Part shown: piece by piece, positions 37,701-47,300 of the stretch
Layout: every line of letters starts with the position of its first letter
Numbering within the stretch: position 1 is the first letter of the stretch
From: Gemmatimonas sp.
GTDB lineage: Bacteria > Gemmatimonadota > Gemmatimonadetes > Gemmatimonadales > Gemmatimonadaceae
Direction: 5' to 3'
DNA: 64,000 nucleotides
Assembly: GCA_031414535.1 (NCBI GenBank)
Contig: JANNVQ010000005.1
Span: 32,001-96,000 of the forward strand
Notes under the pieces: generated by a model
Told to the model about the DNA's origin: nothing
Database searches by the model: none
Seen by the model: only the letters and a program-made list of their open reading frames with translations
Program-made: the position numbers and the translations under genes

Positions 37701-40460
37701 AATGCGCGATGGGCAGTCAACGAGGGAGCGGCGATCGCCACGCTCGATTCCGTGCAGTTCGTGAATCAGGATCCGGTGCTCACGGAGCTCGCAGTTGAGC
37801 GTGGGAGCGGAACCATCGCGCTCTCCAACGCGGAGTTCGCGACAACGCCGACGACTGGTCGGTACCTCAGGGTGAACGACATCAACGGCGCGACAGGCGG
37901 CGTGCTGACCGTCAACGTCTCGAATCCGACGCCTGCCGTACACGGTGGCTCCATCGACGTGCTCGGTGGCGCGGTGGTGAACGGCTGGGATGCCGCGCTG
38001 TTGGTACTGGCGACGGCGCCCTCGAGCGGCGCGGAAGCAGGTGGGTTGCTTTCGCCGGTGACGGTGGAGTTCCGCAACAGCGGCGGTCAGGTGTTGACCT
38101 CGTACAACGGGCCGGTCACGCTGGAGTTGGTGACGAATCCGACCAGCACGATTCTGATCGGGACCACGACCGTCAATGCGGTGAATGGTGTGGCGACGTT
38201 TGATGAGGTGGCGGTGGGATTGCCGGGAACGGGTTATCAACTCCGAGGGACGCAGGGCTCGTTCTCGTCTGATCTGTCGGCGGCGTTCTCCGTGGTGGAT
38301 CCCGTAGTGCCGGTGGACTCGACGAGTTTGGCGGCGGGCGGACAGACTGGCCAGAACTCTTACTGCGGCTTGAGCACGGCCGGCACGGCGTACTGTTGGG
38401 GAAGTAACATTTTCGGCCAACTCGGCAATGGCGATCTCGTACAGCGCTTGAGCCCTACCGCCGTCGCTGGTGGGCTTGCGTTCAATTCCATCCAATTAGG
38501 AAACGGATTTGGCTGCGGCGTTGTGACCATCGGTGATATTTATTGTTGGGGGCGCGGTGGCTCCGGCCAGCTTGGTGACGGCGTCGGCGCCAACAGTTCT
38601 TCGCCGGTTCTGGTAAGTGGCGGCCTTTCGTGGCGCGCGGTCGATGTCGGAACGCTCACCACGTGCGGCCTCACCGATGTGGGCCAGGTCTATTGCTGGG
38701 GCAACAACTCCCAAGGCCGAGTTGGCGATGGCACGACGGTGCAACGTAATATTCCCACCGCAGTAAGCATCCCGGTGCGCTTTACCAAGGTGAACGTGGG
38801 GGGATTTAGCGCCTGTGGACTGACCGCCGCAGGATTTGCGTATTGCTGGGGCGCCGGGAGCTACATCGGCAACGGCTCGACCGATAATGCGCTCTCACCA
38901 GTTGTCGGCGGCGGCGGGCTTCGCTACGCCGAGCTCGAGCTTGGCGACCTTGGTTCCGGCCAGTTCGCGCTCACTTGCGGCGTGACGATTAGCGCGCAGA
39001 ATTTGTGTTGGGGCCTTAACGACGTGGGTGGCTTTGGAAACGGCGGCATTTCCGGCACCTCCCCTTTCCCCAGCCCAGTGCCTGGCATTTCAGGACTGGT
39101 CGTGAATCGCTTGTCGATTATCAATCGGCGGGGATGCGCAACCGACGCAAGCAACAGCGCATACTGTTGGGGCCAGAACCGCGGAACGCTGGGCAACGGG
39201 ACCTTCGCTCCCATTGCAACACTGCCCACGCCTGTATCCGGCGGCATCGCCTTTAATAGTGTTGTTGCCGGCCCGGAGTCTACCTGCGGCATCAGCACGA
39301 CCGGCGCGGCCTACTGCTGGGGTGCCCTCTATCCCGAAGCCCTCGGCAACGGCACAACAACCTTCACCAGCACGCCGACGGCACTCCCCTTCATCGCCAA
39401 CGGCAATACGCTCGAGCTCAGCAATACCGCTACTGCTTGCACACGTGCAAGCAGTGGAGAGGCGTCCTGCTGGGGCCTAAGCGTTGAAGGAAGTTTGGGT
39501 ACGGGCAGCAGCGACGACTTCGTCGCGTTCCCGCAGGCCATAAGCGGCGGAAACCAGTTTCTTGATCTAGCCTTGGGGTCCAGCTCCTGTGGCGTTGATG
39601 CAGAGGCAGGCGCCCTGTTCTGCTGGGGAACTGGAATCAACAATGGATTGGGTACCGGCACCCTGTCCTCCGCCGTTCCAATTGCGGTTCCCTCCGGGGA
39701 TCAGTTCACCTCCGTCAGCCGCGGGGGAGCCTTCACTTGTGCTCTCAGCACGATTGGTACCGCGAGCTGTTGGGGCCTCAACCTGGCGGGCCAGTTGGGA
39801 CGCGGCGTCACTTCCACCTCAGAACCTATCGGCTTGGTATCTACCGGCCTAACCTTCGCCGAGCTGGCAACTGGTGCCAGACATGCCTGCGGCCGCAGCG
39901 GAGCTCAGGTGTACTGCTGGGGAACCAATGACGGCCTTCAAATTGGCGACGGAAACACGTCGAACACGCCCCGGCTCACGCCGGTGGCGGTTGCAGGCGG
40001 GCATTCTGCTCAAGCCGTTTTCGCAGGCAGCAACCACAGCTGCTTGCTCACCTCACTCGGTGCGACTTGGTGCTGGGGAGCAGGCGGCGGCGGATTGTTG
40101 GGTAACGGCCTGGCTTCGAGTTCGGCTATTCCTGTCACTCCGACCGGTGCACCTAGCTTCACTGAGCTCGCACTCGGCAATCAGCATTCCTGTGGCCTCA
40201 CTGCAGGTGGCGCCACCTACTGCTGGGGCGTGAACACAGCTGGCCAGCTCGGCGACGGCACCTTCACGCAACGCAACGTGCCAGTGCAGGTTGTTGGCGG
40301 GCCAAGTTTCACCTCAATCCGCGCCGGCAACAACACAACCTGCGGCATAACGTCAGGCGAGGCCGTCTACTGCTGGGGCGAAGGATTCGCCCGCTTCGGC
40401 GTCGCTCCACAACTCACACCGGCACCTGTGGTCGGCGGCATCACCTTCCGCACGCCGTAA
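31746..40460 (+). CDS. Giant (2904 aa) Ig-like repeat surface lipoprotein with C-terminal RCC1/BLIP-II repeats
   Basis: Lipobox LLSC; first ~870 aa paralogous to 12166-14783; 14 C..x..CWG repeats at ~38324-40440. Confidence 0.92.
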   Translation: MLRPAQRRLVFLTAAFALSLLSCGREVTGPDNGILTGRRIAGIAIAPVMPALMQLVDGAGEAVPFTKVRVVLRNEDGSVAKDTLVDFPSTADSVALSLQLPIPNSAPVDGLPLSLTLAYVNAAGDTVFRGGPTAIVARPLGSSGANDPIVIPVTYDGVGKDAARVAIAPKTSTGVAGNTRAFTAAAFNAQNQAIANTPFVFFSLDTARAQINPVSGVASLRAVRGNARIVASLPNGLRADTATIAVSLPASLLLLTSGNAQTGSVNALLADSIVLRTLAIDSIPVAGVIVSFAVATGNGSLATLSDTSDANGAVSTRWTLGGALGAQTITATATGLTGSPLTITATGIAGTPTRLDIVTQPSTVTAGTAMAPAVVVQARDAFGNAAPAFTGAVTIAVAGALAPALGGTATRTAVNGVATFNDLSITAAGSYTLVVSSGTLISDTTTSIRITPAAAAVLDFVSQPSDAVAGEALVPPVTVRARDAFGNVDTAFTGTVALSLLNGGSAVLSGSTSQAAVNGLATFSSLSVNLVGATYSLRASSGALTPDTSSVFGITPSAPTQIALISGGAQAGVVGAALAQPIVVDVRDAQGNVVPGVTVNFSIVTGGGTTLPTNAATNASGQASTAWTLGSAVGAQELRASLAVAPTVFVAVPATATPGAPAQVVVTQAPTAAIAGTAFSPAVIAQLRDANGNVVTSFNGDATLSLGTGPVGAALFGTTTVTAVNGVATFSTVNAQTAGAGYTLVASASGFSSAASAAFSVAPNVPAQFGILDGNNQTSVAGSAFPSALRVYVRDQYGNPIAGAVTTWSAEAVVTLAQTSVLTDANGIATNTATMGLTLGAQSTGPRVTTAGLGTELIFVHTVTAGAASSLVIASGPIGPLMAGSTSAPVRVEARDALGNLATTFADSVSVSVQSGPHGAPTDSLHAVAVAGVATFSTIDLPVAGTYVLRFAATGLGNVLSNSFAVSAAAAAFVFPDSAASGNGQTGTVAQPLSQPLRAAVRDAFGNGVAGVTVVFTATRGTDTLGVTPVLTDATGIASFTPTLPNTAGLVNYFATSVGLSGSGFQYSATALAAAAAQLVSTNRPAPYVSQLAGAPILVEARDALGNVASGYTGDVSLLVETGPAGAVLGLARTRAATAGVVSFDDLTLNLVGTYSLRFTAAGLGDGLLDTLVVIAGAPANLVILSGNSQILSASSPLPDSLAVRVTDAIGNPVQGVNVTWAALLGGGSVSPATSVTNASGVARAAWLLGSEFGTQTVTANVVGLTQVTFSASAISTNASFVWLGNVSSSLADSANWAPYGRPVPTDSILVPAGRPNYPVLQTNIISSRVTIDSGATVTVGNFYVSLTNGFDYPLVPSVIADTGGIVLNGTTGTIRGRLPKLYVLSGAYVVNGPLVVDSSTIVAGGADLAFGSSPASIGLDLITTTGGTISMGPGSLVTVGRSAGFDGGSTAGRLTGGTLRVAGNIQSTVTGSPQAFSASANHVVELIGTSAQGIQLAFPDADFTSTCSASCFGTLRSVRTPSAGIVGFLSNAKALNRFELPGDSINATGRTLVSAGTPNFGTSLVVAAKVGWQTGLQRSGLFVVDTLVAWGADTTLIAVQSVPTLVLGQYRLSGAHLGRIVVGGTAGSLDVAGTATVGGGTGIALRTTANGRVIMQDPTDTLRLAGSAEFGGVTVPGNMTAGVLELSGSLVQSGTGTRLLAEGGHLTRFTGASPSITFADTAANQLNAVEFAGSGVVNFASAARVAGNVTVGGTVSSIGNASATRVRLGGDLVDTLGGRWAIDTTQFDGVDPQLPDSITGSVILTQGAALDSPLWVTGNLTVSGGTLDVAFRRLVVGGTFRTQATGVLRMVNAVDSVVVFGPAIFGGGASTELSAGHLALHGDFAQALGDAEAFSASGTHQTWFVGSAAQTIGFSNPGAGAGTSHFANLGIAQQSAALSVQLNADSWATGQLLTSTAVGRRFTSGFNGAVLTTGGANVTGVVFDNARWAVNEGAAIATLDSVQFVNQDPVLTELAVERGSGTIALSNAEFATTPTTGRYLRVNDINGATGGVLTVNVSNPTPAVHGGSIDVLGGAVVNGWDAALLVLATAPSSGAEAGGLLSPVTVEFRNSGGQVLTSYNGPVTLELVTNPTSTILIGTTTVNAVNGVATFDEVAVGLPGTGYQLRGTQGSFSSDLSAAFSVVDPVVPVDSTSLAAGGQTGQNSYCGLSTAGTAYCWGSNIFGQLGNGDLVQRLSPTAVAGGLAFNSIQLGNGFGCGVVTIGDIYCWGRGGSGQLGDGVGANSSSPVLVSGGLSWRAVDVGTLTTCGLTDVGQVYCWGNNSQGRVGDGTTVQRNIPTAVSIPVRFTKVNVGGFSACGLTAAGFAYCWGAGSYIGNGSTDNALSPVVGGGGLRYAELELGDLGSGQFALTCGVTISAQNLCWGLNDVGGFGNGGISGTSPFPSPVPGISGLVVNRLSIINRRGCATDASNSAYCWGQNRGTLGNGTFAPIATLPTPVSGGIAFNSVVAGPESTCGISTTGAAYCWGALYPEALGNGTTTFTSTPTALPFIANGNTLELSNTATACTRASSGEASCWGLSVEGSLGTGSSDDFVAFPQAISGGNQFLDLALGSSSCGVDAEAGALFCWGTGINNGLGTGTLSSAVPIAVPSGDQFTSVSRGGAFTCALSTIGTASCWGLNLAGQLGRGVTSTSEPIGLVSTGLTFAELATGARHACGRSGAQVYCWGTNDGLQIGDGNTSNTPRLTPVAVAGGHSAQAVFAGSNHSCLLTSLGATWCWGAGGGGLLGNGLASSSAIPVTPTGAPSFTELALGNQHSCGLTAGGATYCWGVNTAGQLGDGTFTQRNVPVQVVGGPSFTSIRAGNNTTCGITSGEAVYCWGEGFARFGVAPQLTPAPVVGGITFRTP

Positions 40461-40470
40461 TCATCGCCCA

Positions 40471-41274
40471 TCAAAACAACCCCAACTGCACCCCCAACTG
40501 GGCCGGGTCCTTCGGGACCTGGCCCAGTTGGCTTTGCAGCCATCTCACATTCGCCGGGCTATGCCCCGTGAAATGGTTGTTCACATACCCATACACCGGC
40601 ACACGCACGCTCAACGCCGGCAGAACCGCAGCCCACGACTCTAACTCAGAAGTCCGATCCACCTGCACATGCGAATAGTCCGTAATCGCCCGATCCGGCC
40701 CCATCCAGCGCACATACGCGTGCGTTGTACACGTCGGCCGCGCCGCCAGCTTGAGCATCCAAGCCCGAGGCACCCACCGCGCATCCACCAGCGCGAGTCC
40801 AATATTCCGCGCCGTCAGCAACTCGTGCGTGCGCTCATTGATCCACGCCTTCTGACGAAACTCTATCGAGAACTTCAGATCAGCGGGCAGCGAGACCAGA
40901 AAGTCCTCCACCGCATCGAACTCATTCACCGACAGATCCGGCCCGCACTGAATGAGAATCGGCCCGAGCTTCGCCCCCAGCTCCCGCGCCACATCAAAGA
41001 AGCGCGCGGCCGTCTCCCCTGCCCCCACGAAGCGCCGCTCGTGCGTGATCTCCTGTGGCAGCTTGAGCGCGAACGTGAAATGCTCCGGCGTACGCTCGGC
41101 CCAGCCGCGCACGGTCTTTACGGCTGGCACGGCGTAAAAGGTGGAATCCACCTCTACCGTATCAAAGGCGCGCGCGTAGGTCGAGAGGAAATCCGCCGCG
41201 CGCGTGCGGGTGGGATAGAAAGGGCCCACCCACGCGGGGTAGTTCCAGCCTTGGCAGCCAAGTCGGATGGGCAT
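40471..41274 (-). CDS. DUF72 family protein
   Basis: IRLGCQGWNY..W.GPFYP, FDTVEVDSTFY, F.FALKLPQEITH, KLGPIL.Q, YVNNH. ATG at 41274 is preferred over 41295. Confidence 0.92.
   Translation of the reverse strand: MPIRLGCQGWNYPAWVGPFYPTRTRAADFLSTYARAFDTVEVDSTFYAVPAVKTVRGWAERTPEHFTFALKLPQEITHERRFVGAGETAARFFDVARELGAKLGPILIQCGPDLSVNEFDAVEDFLVSLPADLKFSIEFRQKAWINERTHELLTARNIGLALVDARWVPRAWMLKLAARPTCTTHAYVRWMGPDRAITDYSHVQVDRTSELESWAAVLPALSVRVPVYGYVNNHFTGHSPANVRWLQSQLGQVPKDPAQLGVQLGLF
40495..40535 (+). terminator. Terminator-like hairpin for the 2904-aa gene, embedded in the antisense DUF72 coding end
   Basis: 16-bp stem with one G-U pair and a cUUCGg tetraloop, followed by gcttt. Confidence 0.65.
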
Positions 41275-41292
41275 GGGAGAAAAGCTATAACG

Positions 41293-41328
41293 CACGACGG
41301 GCCGGAGCGAATGCTCCGGCCCGTCGTG
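41293..41328 (-). terminator. Hairpin after the FN3 giant gene
   Basis: Perfect 16-bp stem cacgacgggccggagc-gaat-gctccggcccgtcgtg, about 25 nt past the stop codon. Confidence 0.7.
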
Positions 41329-41352
41329 TCTGCATGCACAAGCTACTGATTC

Positions 41353-44300
41353 TTACCTGAAGCCGCGAATGAAGATGTTGTGGCGCGTGAAATTCGTGGT
41401 TAGGTCAGCTGCGGGCCAGACCGCTGGGAATCCGCTGCCGTAGTTAAACCCTGAGGTAGCCGCGAAGAATCTGTACACTCCCATCTGACCTGAATTCCCG
41501 TAGGTAGCAGATTGGTTAGCTACGGAGGCGAGCCAATACTTGCCCGGTTGGAGGACAATCTCGCTGACCGCCAACTCATTGACTCCCACCACAGCACCTG
41601 TGATGTCAATCTGAGTCAGGAGCTGATCTGGCTGATCGGGTTCACCAGGAACTGCAACACCTGGAGCGATGGGAGCCCGACTTGAATACAGGCCCACGCG
41701 CACATTCGTCCCAAGAGGGAAAGCCGCGAGTCGCAAACCCAAGTGCGTAAGCGCGGTTGGCTCAGTGATCGTAAATGAGTGCGATACAAGAAGCGTTGTG
41801 AAGGCAGTGACATCGTTAGCCACATTTATCGGCCAACCGAACCGCTCCGCCAAGGACGCCTTCAGCGTCGCGCCGCCGTACGTCGAGAACGCCTGCAGCA
41901 TCGCGTACCAATCGCCCGCAGCCGGAGCAGTAAAGGTACAAATCTCCGGCGTCGCGCCCGTATACGGCACGCAGTTGGTCGCGTCGTTCAACGTCACGTT
42001 GGTCGTCGGCGTCTCCCCAAACTTCACATACAGATCCGCATCACCCGACGGCGAGTCCATCCTCACCCGCAAGGCCAATGCATCCGCCGGCACATTGAAC
42101 ACATAGTGCCGCTCACCAAGCGTCAAGTCGCTGACTCCTGTGACCGCAACCGCGCTGGCGAGATTGATCGGCGTGCGCGCCGACGGGCCAGACGGTGCAT
42201 TCGAGGTCCCACCCAACGTCACGGCCCGAACTGCGTACGTCACATCCTGACCCTGCGCTACGGACTCGGCGTATTCGAGCGTCGCCGAGCTCACCGTTGT
42301 CCGCACCGTGCCCGTGGCCGGGTCACAACCCGCCCCAACGCAGCGCAGCACCTGGAACGAATACTGCTGCATGTTCGGCGCGTAGGCCCACTGCGTCAGC
42401 ACCTGGGTACGGTTCAGCACGCGGGACCGCACCGACTCCGGCGCATTGAGTGCGTGCTCAACCACCACCGGCGACGACGATACACCCAATCCCGCCACGT
42501 TCCTACCGGTTACTCGATACGTGTACGCCGCATTCAATACGACGCCGGTGTTATTCACGTAGCTCGTCGTGTTCGCCGGCAGCGTGGCAATCTCAGTGAA
42601 GCTCGTGCACGAAAGCCCATCGCAGCGCTCCACCACATACCCCTGCTCCAGGGCCCCGTCCGTCCAAGACAGATCAATCCGCTGACCGTTCACCTGCGTG
42701 GTCGCCAGATTCTCGACCACCGTCGGCACGATAGTGTTAGCCTGGTCCACGTTGGAGTAGTCCGACGGTCCAACATTGTTGATCGTGCGCACCTGATAGC
42801 GCCACACAACATTCGTCGGCAGGCCAGTGTCTTGATAGGCATCTGTGCCTGCACCCAGCAACTGAATCTGACTGAAGTTGATACAAGCCGCGCCAGCGCA
42901 ACGCTCCACCGCGACGGAGATCTCGTTCGTCACCGGCAGAGTCCATGTAAGGTCAACCGTGCCCGGCGCCGTCGTCGTCGCCACGAGGTTAGACGGAGCA
43001 TCCGGCGCGGTGGTCTGCATCTGAATCGTCGGCGGCGCCTCACTGCCCACATTGTTATACGCCACCAACTGGTACACGTAGCGCTCGTTGAACGCCACCG
43101 TCGCGTCCACGTACGAAGTGTCATTCGCCGCGATGCTATCCACGAGAACGAAGTCCGAGCAGCCTCCGCCCGAGCAACGGCTGAGCACAAAGCCCAGTTC
43201 ATTGCTGGAGTTGTCCGCCCAGTTCAACAGCACCTGCGTCCCAGACAGTGCCACGGCTGCAAGCGAGGACACTGACGATGGCGTGAGCATCGCCACCTCC
43301 ACGCTAGCCCCCCCAGCCGAAGCCCCCGCAGCGTTCAAGCCGCGGACTCGGTAGCCGTAGGTCTCACCCGTGACCACGGAGTTGTCGGTGAACGCGTTGG
43401 TCGGATGCGCCACGCTGTCGAGCGCCGTATAGCTGACGCAACCCGGCGTATCGCAGCGCTCAATGCGGTACTGCGCCGTATTCGCCTGTGCAATCCACTG
43501 CACACGCGCGCTCGACGGTGAAAGCGGCAATCCTTCCAAGGAAGCCGGGTCCACCGGCACCAGCGTGTTGGCTTCCGAGACGCTCGTCGCCGGCGAGGCA
43601 CCCGCGCCATTGACGGCGCGCACGTGATACCGGTAAACGTTCCCGATGACTACGCTCAGGTCCGCGAAGGACTGAACGCCCGCACCAGCTGTGATCAACA
43701 GACTGTTCGGCGTGCAACCCGCGCCGAGGCAGCGGTAGATCTCGAATCCGGTTTCGTTGGTGGAGGCATCACTCCACTGCAGTTCGATCCGCGACGCCGA
43801 GACGGTGCTCACCACAAGGCTCGCGGGCACGGCCGGGAAGTCCGTCGTGGCCGTTACCTCACCTGCCCGCGGACCATTACCGAAGATGTTGTACGCCAGT
43901 AGATCGTAGGTGAATACCGAGGCCGTGGCCAAGGACTCATCAAGGTGAGCCGTCGCGGTCGAATCAAACGTGCGAACTTCGGCCACTATGCAGCTCGGCC
44001 CCACGCAGCGGAACAGACGGAAGCCCCCTGAGTTCGCCGAGCCCGATGTCCACTGCAAGTTGATCGAGGTCGCGGTGGAGGTTGCCGCTGTGAAACTGGC
44101 CGGCGCCAAGGGACGGTAGGTGCTCTGTGTGACGACGTTCCCGTACGCGGAGGGACCGGCCGCATTCACAGCGCGCACCCGGTAGCGGTACACCGTGTCC
44201 ACCAACCAGGCCTCGCTAAACGAAACTGCGTTGGCAGCGAGCGAGGACACGCTCACGAAATTGGTGCAGCCGGTTCCAAGGCAGCGCTCCACTTCGTAGG

Positions 44301-47300
44301 ACGTCTCATCCGTCGCCGCGTCGGTCCATCCGAGCACGAGATTGGTAGCGCCCGGCGTTACCAGCACCGAGGCCGGACCAGTCGGCGGCGCTGTGGAGGC
44401 CGCCACCGGCGCGGTATAACCCGAGAAGGCGGTCCCAGTCGTCGCACGGATGCGATAACGGAACAGCGTGGAGTCCGCGAGCCCAGTGTCGTTGTACGAC
44501 ACACTGTTCGCGCCCGCCGTGAAGATGTTCACAAAGTTGGTGCACGCGATGCCTTCGCAACGCTCAATCTCGAAGCCAGTCTCAGTGGAGGCGTTGTCCG
44601 TCCAGGTGAGCTGGACCTCGCTGCCCGAGATGATGACGGCCGCGAGCGCAGTGGGCAGGCCAGGCACAAAGGTTCCCGTCTCGGCCACATTCGTCACGCC
44701 AGACTCACCCGCACCGTTGGTGGCGCTCACGGAATAGCGGTAGAGCGTGTTGGCCGAGACCGTAGAATCCACATAGGTGACCACGTTACCGCCGCCTGCC
44801 ACACCGATCTGAGCAGCAGGTACGCAGGCCGCTACCGAGCAACGGAACACACGGAAATCATCCGCATTGTTGGCGTTGTTCGTCCACGCGATGTTCACAC
44901 GGTTGTCCGATACCGCGTCGGCCGTCAATGCGCTTGGATTCGCCGGGATGATCGTCGATGCCAACGCCTCGTTTGAGTACGCCGACGCGCCGAAGCTGCT
45001 CGTTCCATTTCCGATGGCGCGAACCCGATACCTATAGAAGTTGCCGCCCGTGACGGTGACATCCGTAATGCTCGCCGGCGGGGCCGTGGTCGTATCAATC
45101 GCTGCAAAGTTGGTGCAGCTCTGGCCTAGGCAGCGCTCCACGATGTAGCCGCCTTCATTGCTCGCGTTGTCGGACCACTGCACGAACATCTGCGTCTGGC
45201 CCTGCGGGAAGGCCGCCGCCGCCGAGGGCACCGCCGGCACTTCCGTGCTGGCCGTCGCTACGTTGGTGGTGCTCGACGAGGTGCCCACGTTATTGAACGA
45301 GCGCACCCGGTAGCGCGCCAACTGTCCGGCACTCAGGGTGTTGTCCACGTAGGTCTGCACACCGCCCGCACCTGCGGGCAAGGTCGTGAGATCTGTGAAG
45401 TTCACGCAGTCCGCCGTCAGGCAGCGCTGAACAGTGAAGCCCGTCTCGTTGGTCGAGGCGTCAGTGAAGGTGAGCTGTACTTCGCTTACCGTGAGCACCG
45501 TGGCCGCGAGCGTGGACGGCGTAGCCGGTGCGGATGTGAGCACCTGAAGCACCGTCGTGTACGCCGAGGTACCGGCCGCGTTAAAGGCGCGCAGACGGAA
45601 GCGGTAGATCGTATTGAGTACGAGCCCGGTATTGACGAAGCTGGTTTGATTCGCGCCGACGGTGCCGACTTCAACGAAGCTGCTGCACCCGCCACCAGCG
45701 CATCGTTCAACGCGGTACCCAAGCTCGTTGCTGGCTGCGTCCGTCCACGAGAGATTGATCTGCGTGGCCGACTGAGCGATCCCCGCAAAAGCGGTCGGGA
45801 GCGCCGGAACAATCGTCGTCGCGGAAAGCGGACCGACCGTGCCGCGATTACCCGCCACGTTGAAGGCGCTGATGCGATAACTGTACGACTCTTGCGCGCT
45901 CAGACCTTGGTCTTGGTGTGAAGACTTGTCGGCACTGAGTACGATCAGCGTATCGAAGGTGCTGCAGCTGACACCGGCGCAACGCTCCACGAGGTAACCC
46001 GACTCGTTGGTCGCCACATCCGTCCACGTGAGGTCCACCTGCGTGGCCGAGAAGGTCGTGACCACAAAGTCTGTCGGGAGGTCCGGGCGGATGGTGTTCA
46101 CCTCGGCCGAGGCCACATACGCCGAGGCCCCGACGTTGTTCAATGCCCTGATCTGATACGAATACGTGGAGTCCACGCCCACGGTGTCTACATAGGTCAC
46201 GGCATTGGCAGCCCGCGTGCTGCGGAGCGCAAAGCTGCTGCAGCCGGCGCCGGCGCAACGCTCAATCTGATAACTCAGCTCGTTGGTGGCGGCGTCCGTC
46301 CACGCGAGGTTCACGCGCGTGCCGCTCGTGACCGTTGCGCTGAACCCAGTGGGGAGAGCTGGGACGACCAAGGCGGCCTCCGCAACGGGCGCGAAAGGAC
46401 TGACGCCTGCGCCGTTGGACGCCTGCACCCGATAGCGGTAGATACTGCCTGTGGTCAGTCCCGGATCGTTGTAGCTCGTGACGCCAGCCCCGACGTTGCT
46501 GAGGAAGGCGAAGTTGGTGCAGTTGCTGCCTTCGCAACGCTCGATGAAGAACTCGTCTTCGTTGCTCGCGTTGTCAGTCCAGTTGAGCGAGACGTCGGTT
46601 GGGTTATCAATCAACGCGGTCACATTGCTCGGCGCCGCCGGCAAGTTCGTCGCGGCCGTGACCACGCTCGTGAAGGCCGACTGACCAACCCCGTTGATGG
46701 CACGGACGCGGTACGAGAACGACAGGCCCGATGTCAGGCCGATGTCCGAGTAGGACACCGCGTTTGCGGCGGCCGTATCCACCGCTGCGAAGCTCGAGCA
46801 GCCCGGGCCAGCACAACGTTGGATCTCAACACCCGTCTCGTTCGGCCCGTTGTCTGTCCACGCGAGGTCCACCTGCGTGGAGGAGAAGGTCGAGGCCGAC
46901 AGCCCAGTAGGCGCATCGGGCAGGAAGGTGTTGGCTGATAATGTCGCTGTAGGCGCCGAGGGTCCCGCACCGTTAGACGCCGTTATTCTATAGAAGTACT
47001 CATTCCCCACTGTGACCGTGGCGTCGGTGTACACGCTCACATTGCGCGCGACATTCGCCGAGGCCACAATGACGGCGCAGCTCACCGTGCTGCAACGCTC
47101 TACGAGGAAGCCGTCTTCGTTATCCGAGGCGTCGGTCCACGTCACACGGATGGCGGTCGCGGACGATGCCAAGGCGGACGCTGCGAGCGGCGTCAGCGGC
47201 TCACCGGCCGTGATGATGACGGCTGCGGCGTAGTCCGAGTTACCGGCGGCGCCATAGGCACGCACGCGGTACTGATAGGTGGTGCCGTCGTTCACGCCGG

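Noticed and set aside
12195..40271. Many antisense and alternate-frame ORFs inside the two Ig giants (up to 484 aa)
   Set aside because: Shadow ORFs expected from high GC and biased codon use; no recognisable motifs.
30700..40460. Polymorphic toxin interpretation of the variable C-termini
   Set aside because: The tips are propeller repeats with no nuclease or deaminase motifs, and no small immunity genes follow.
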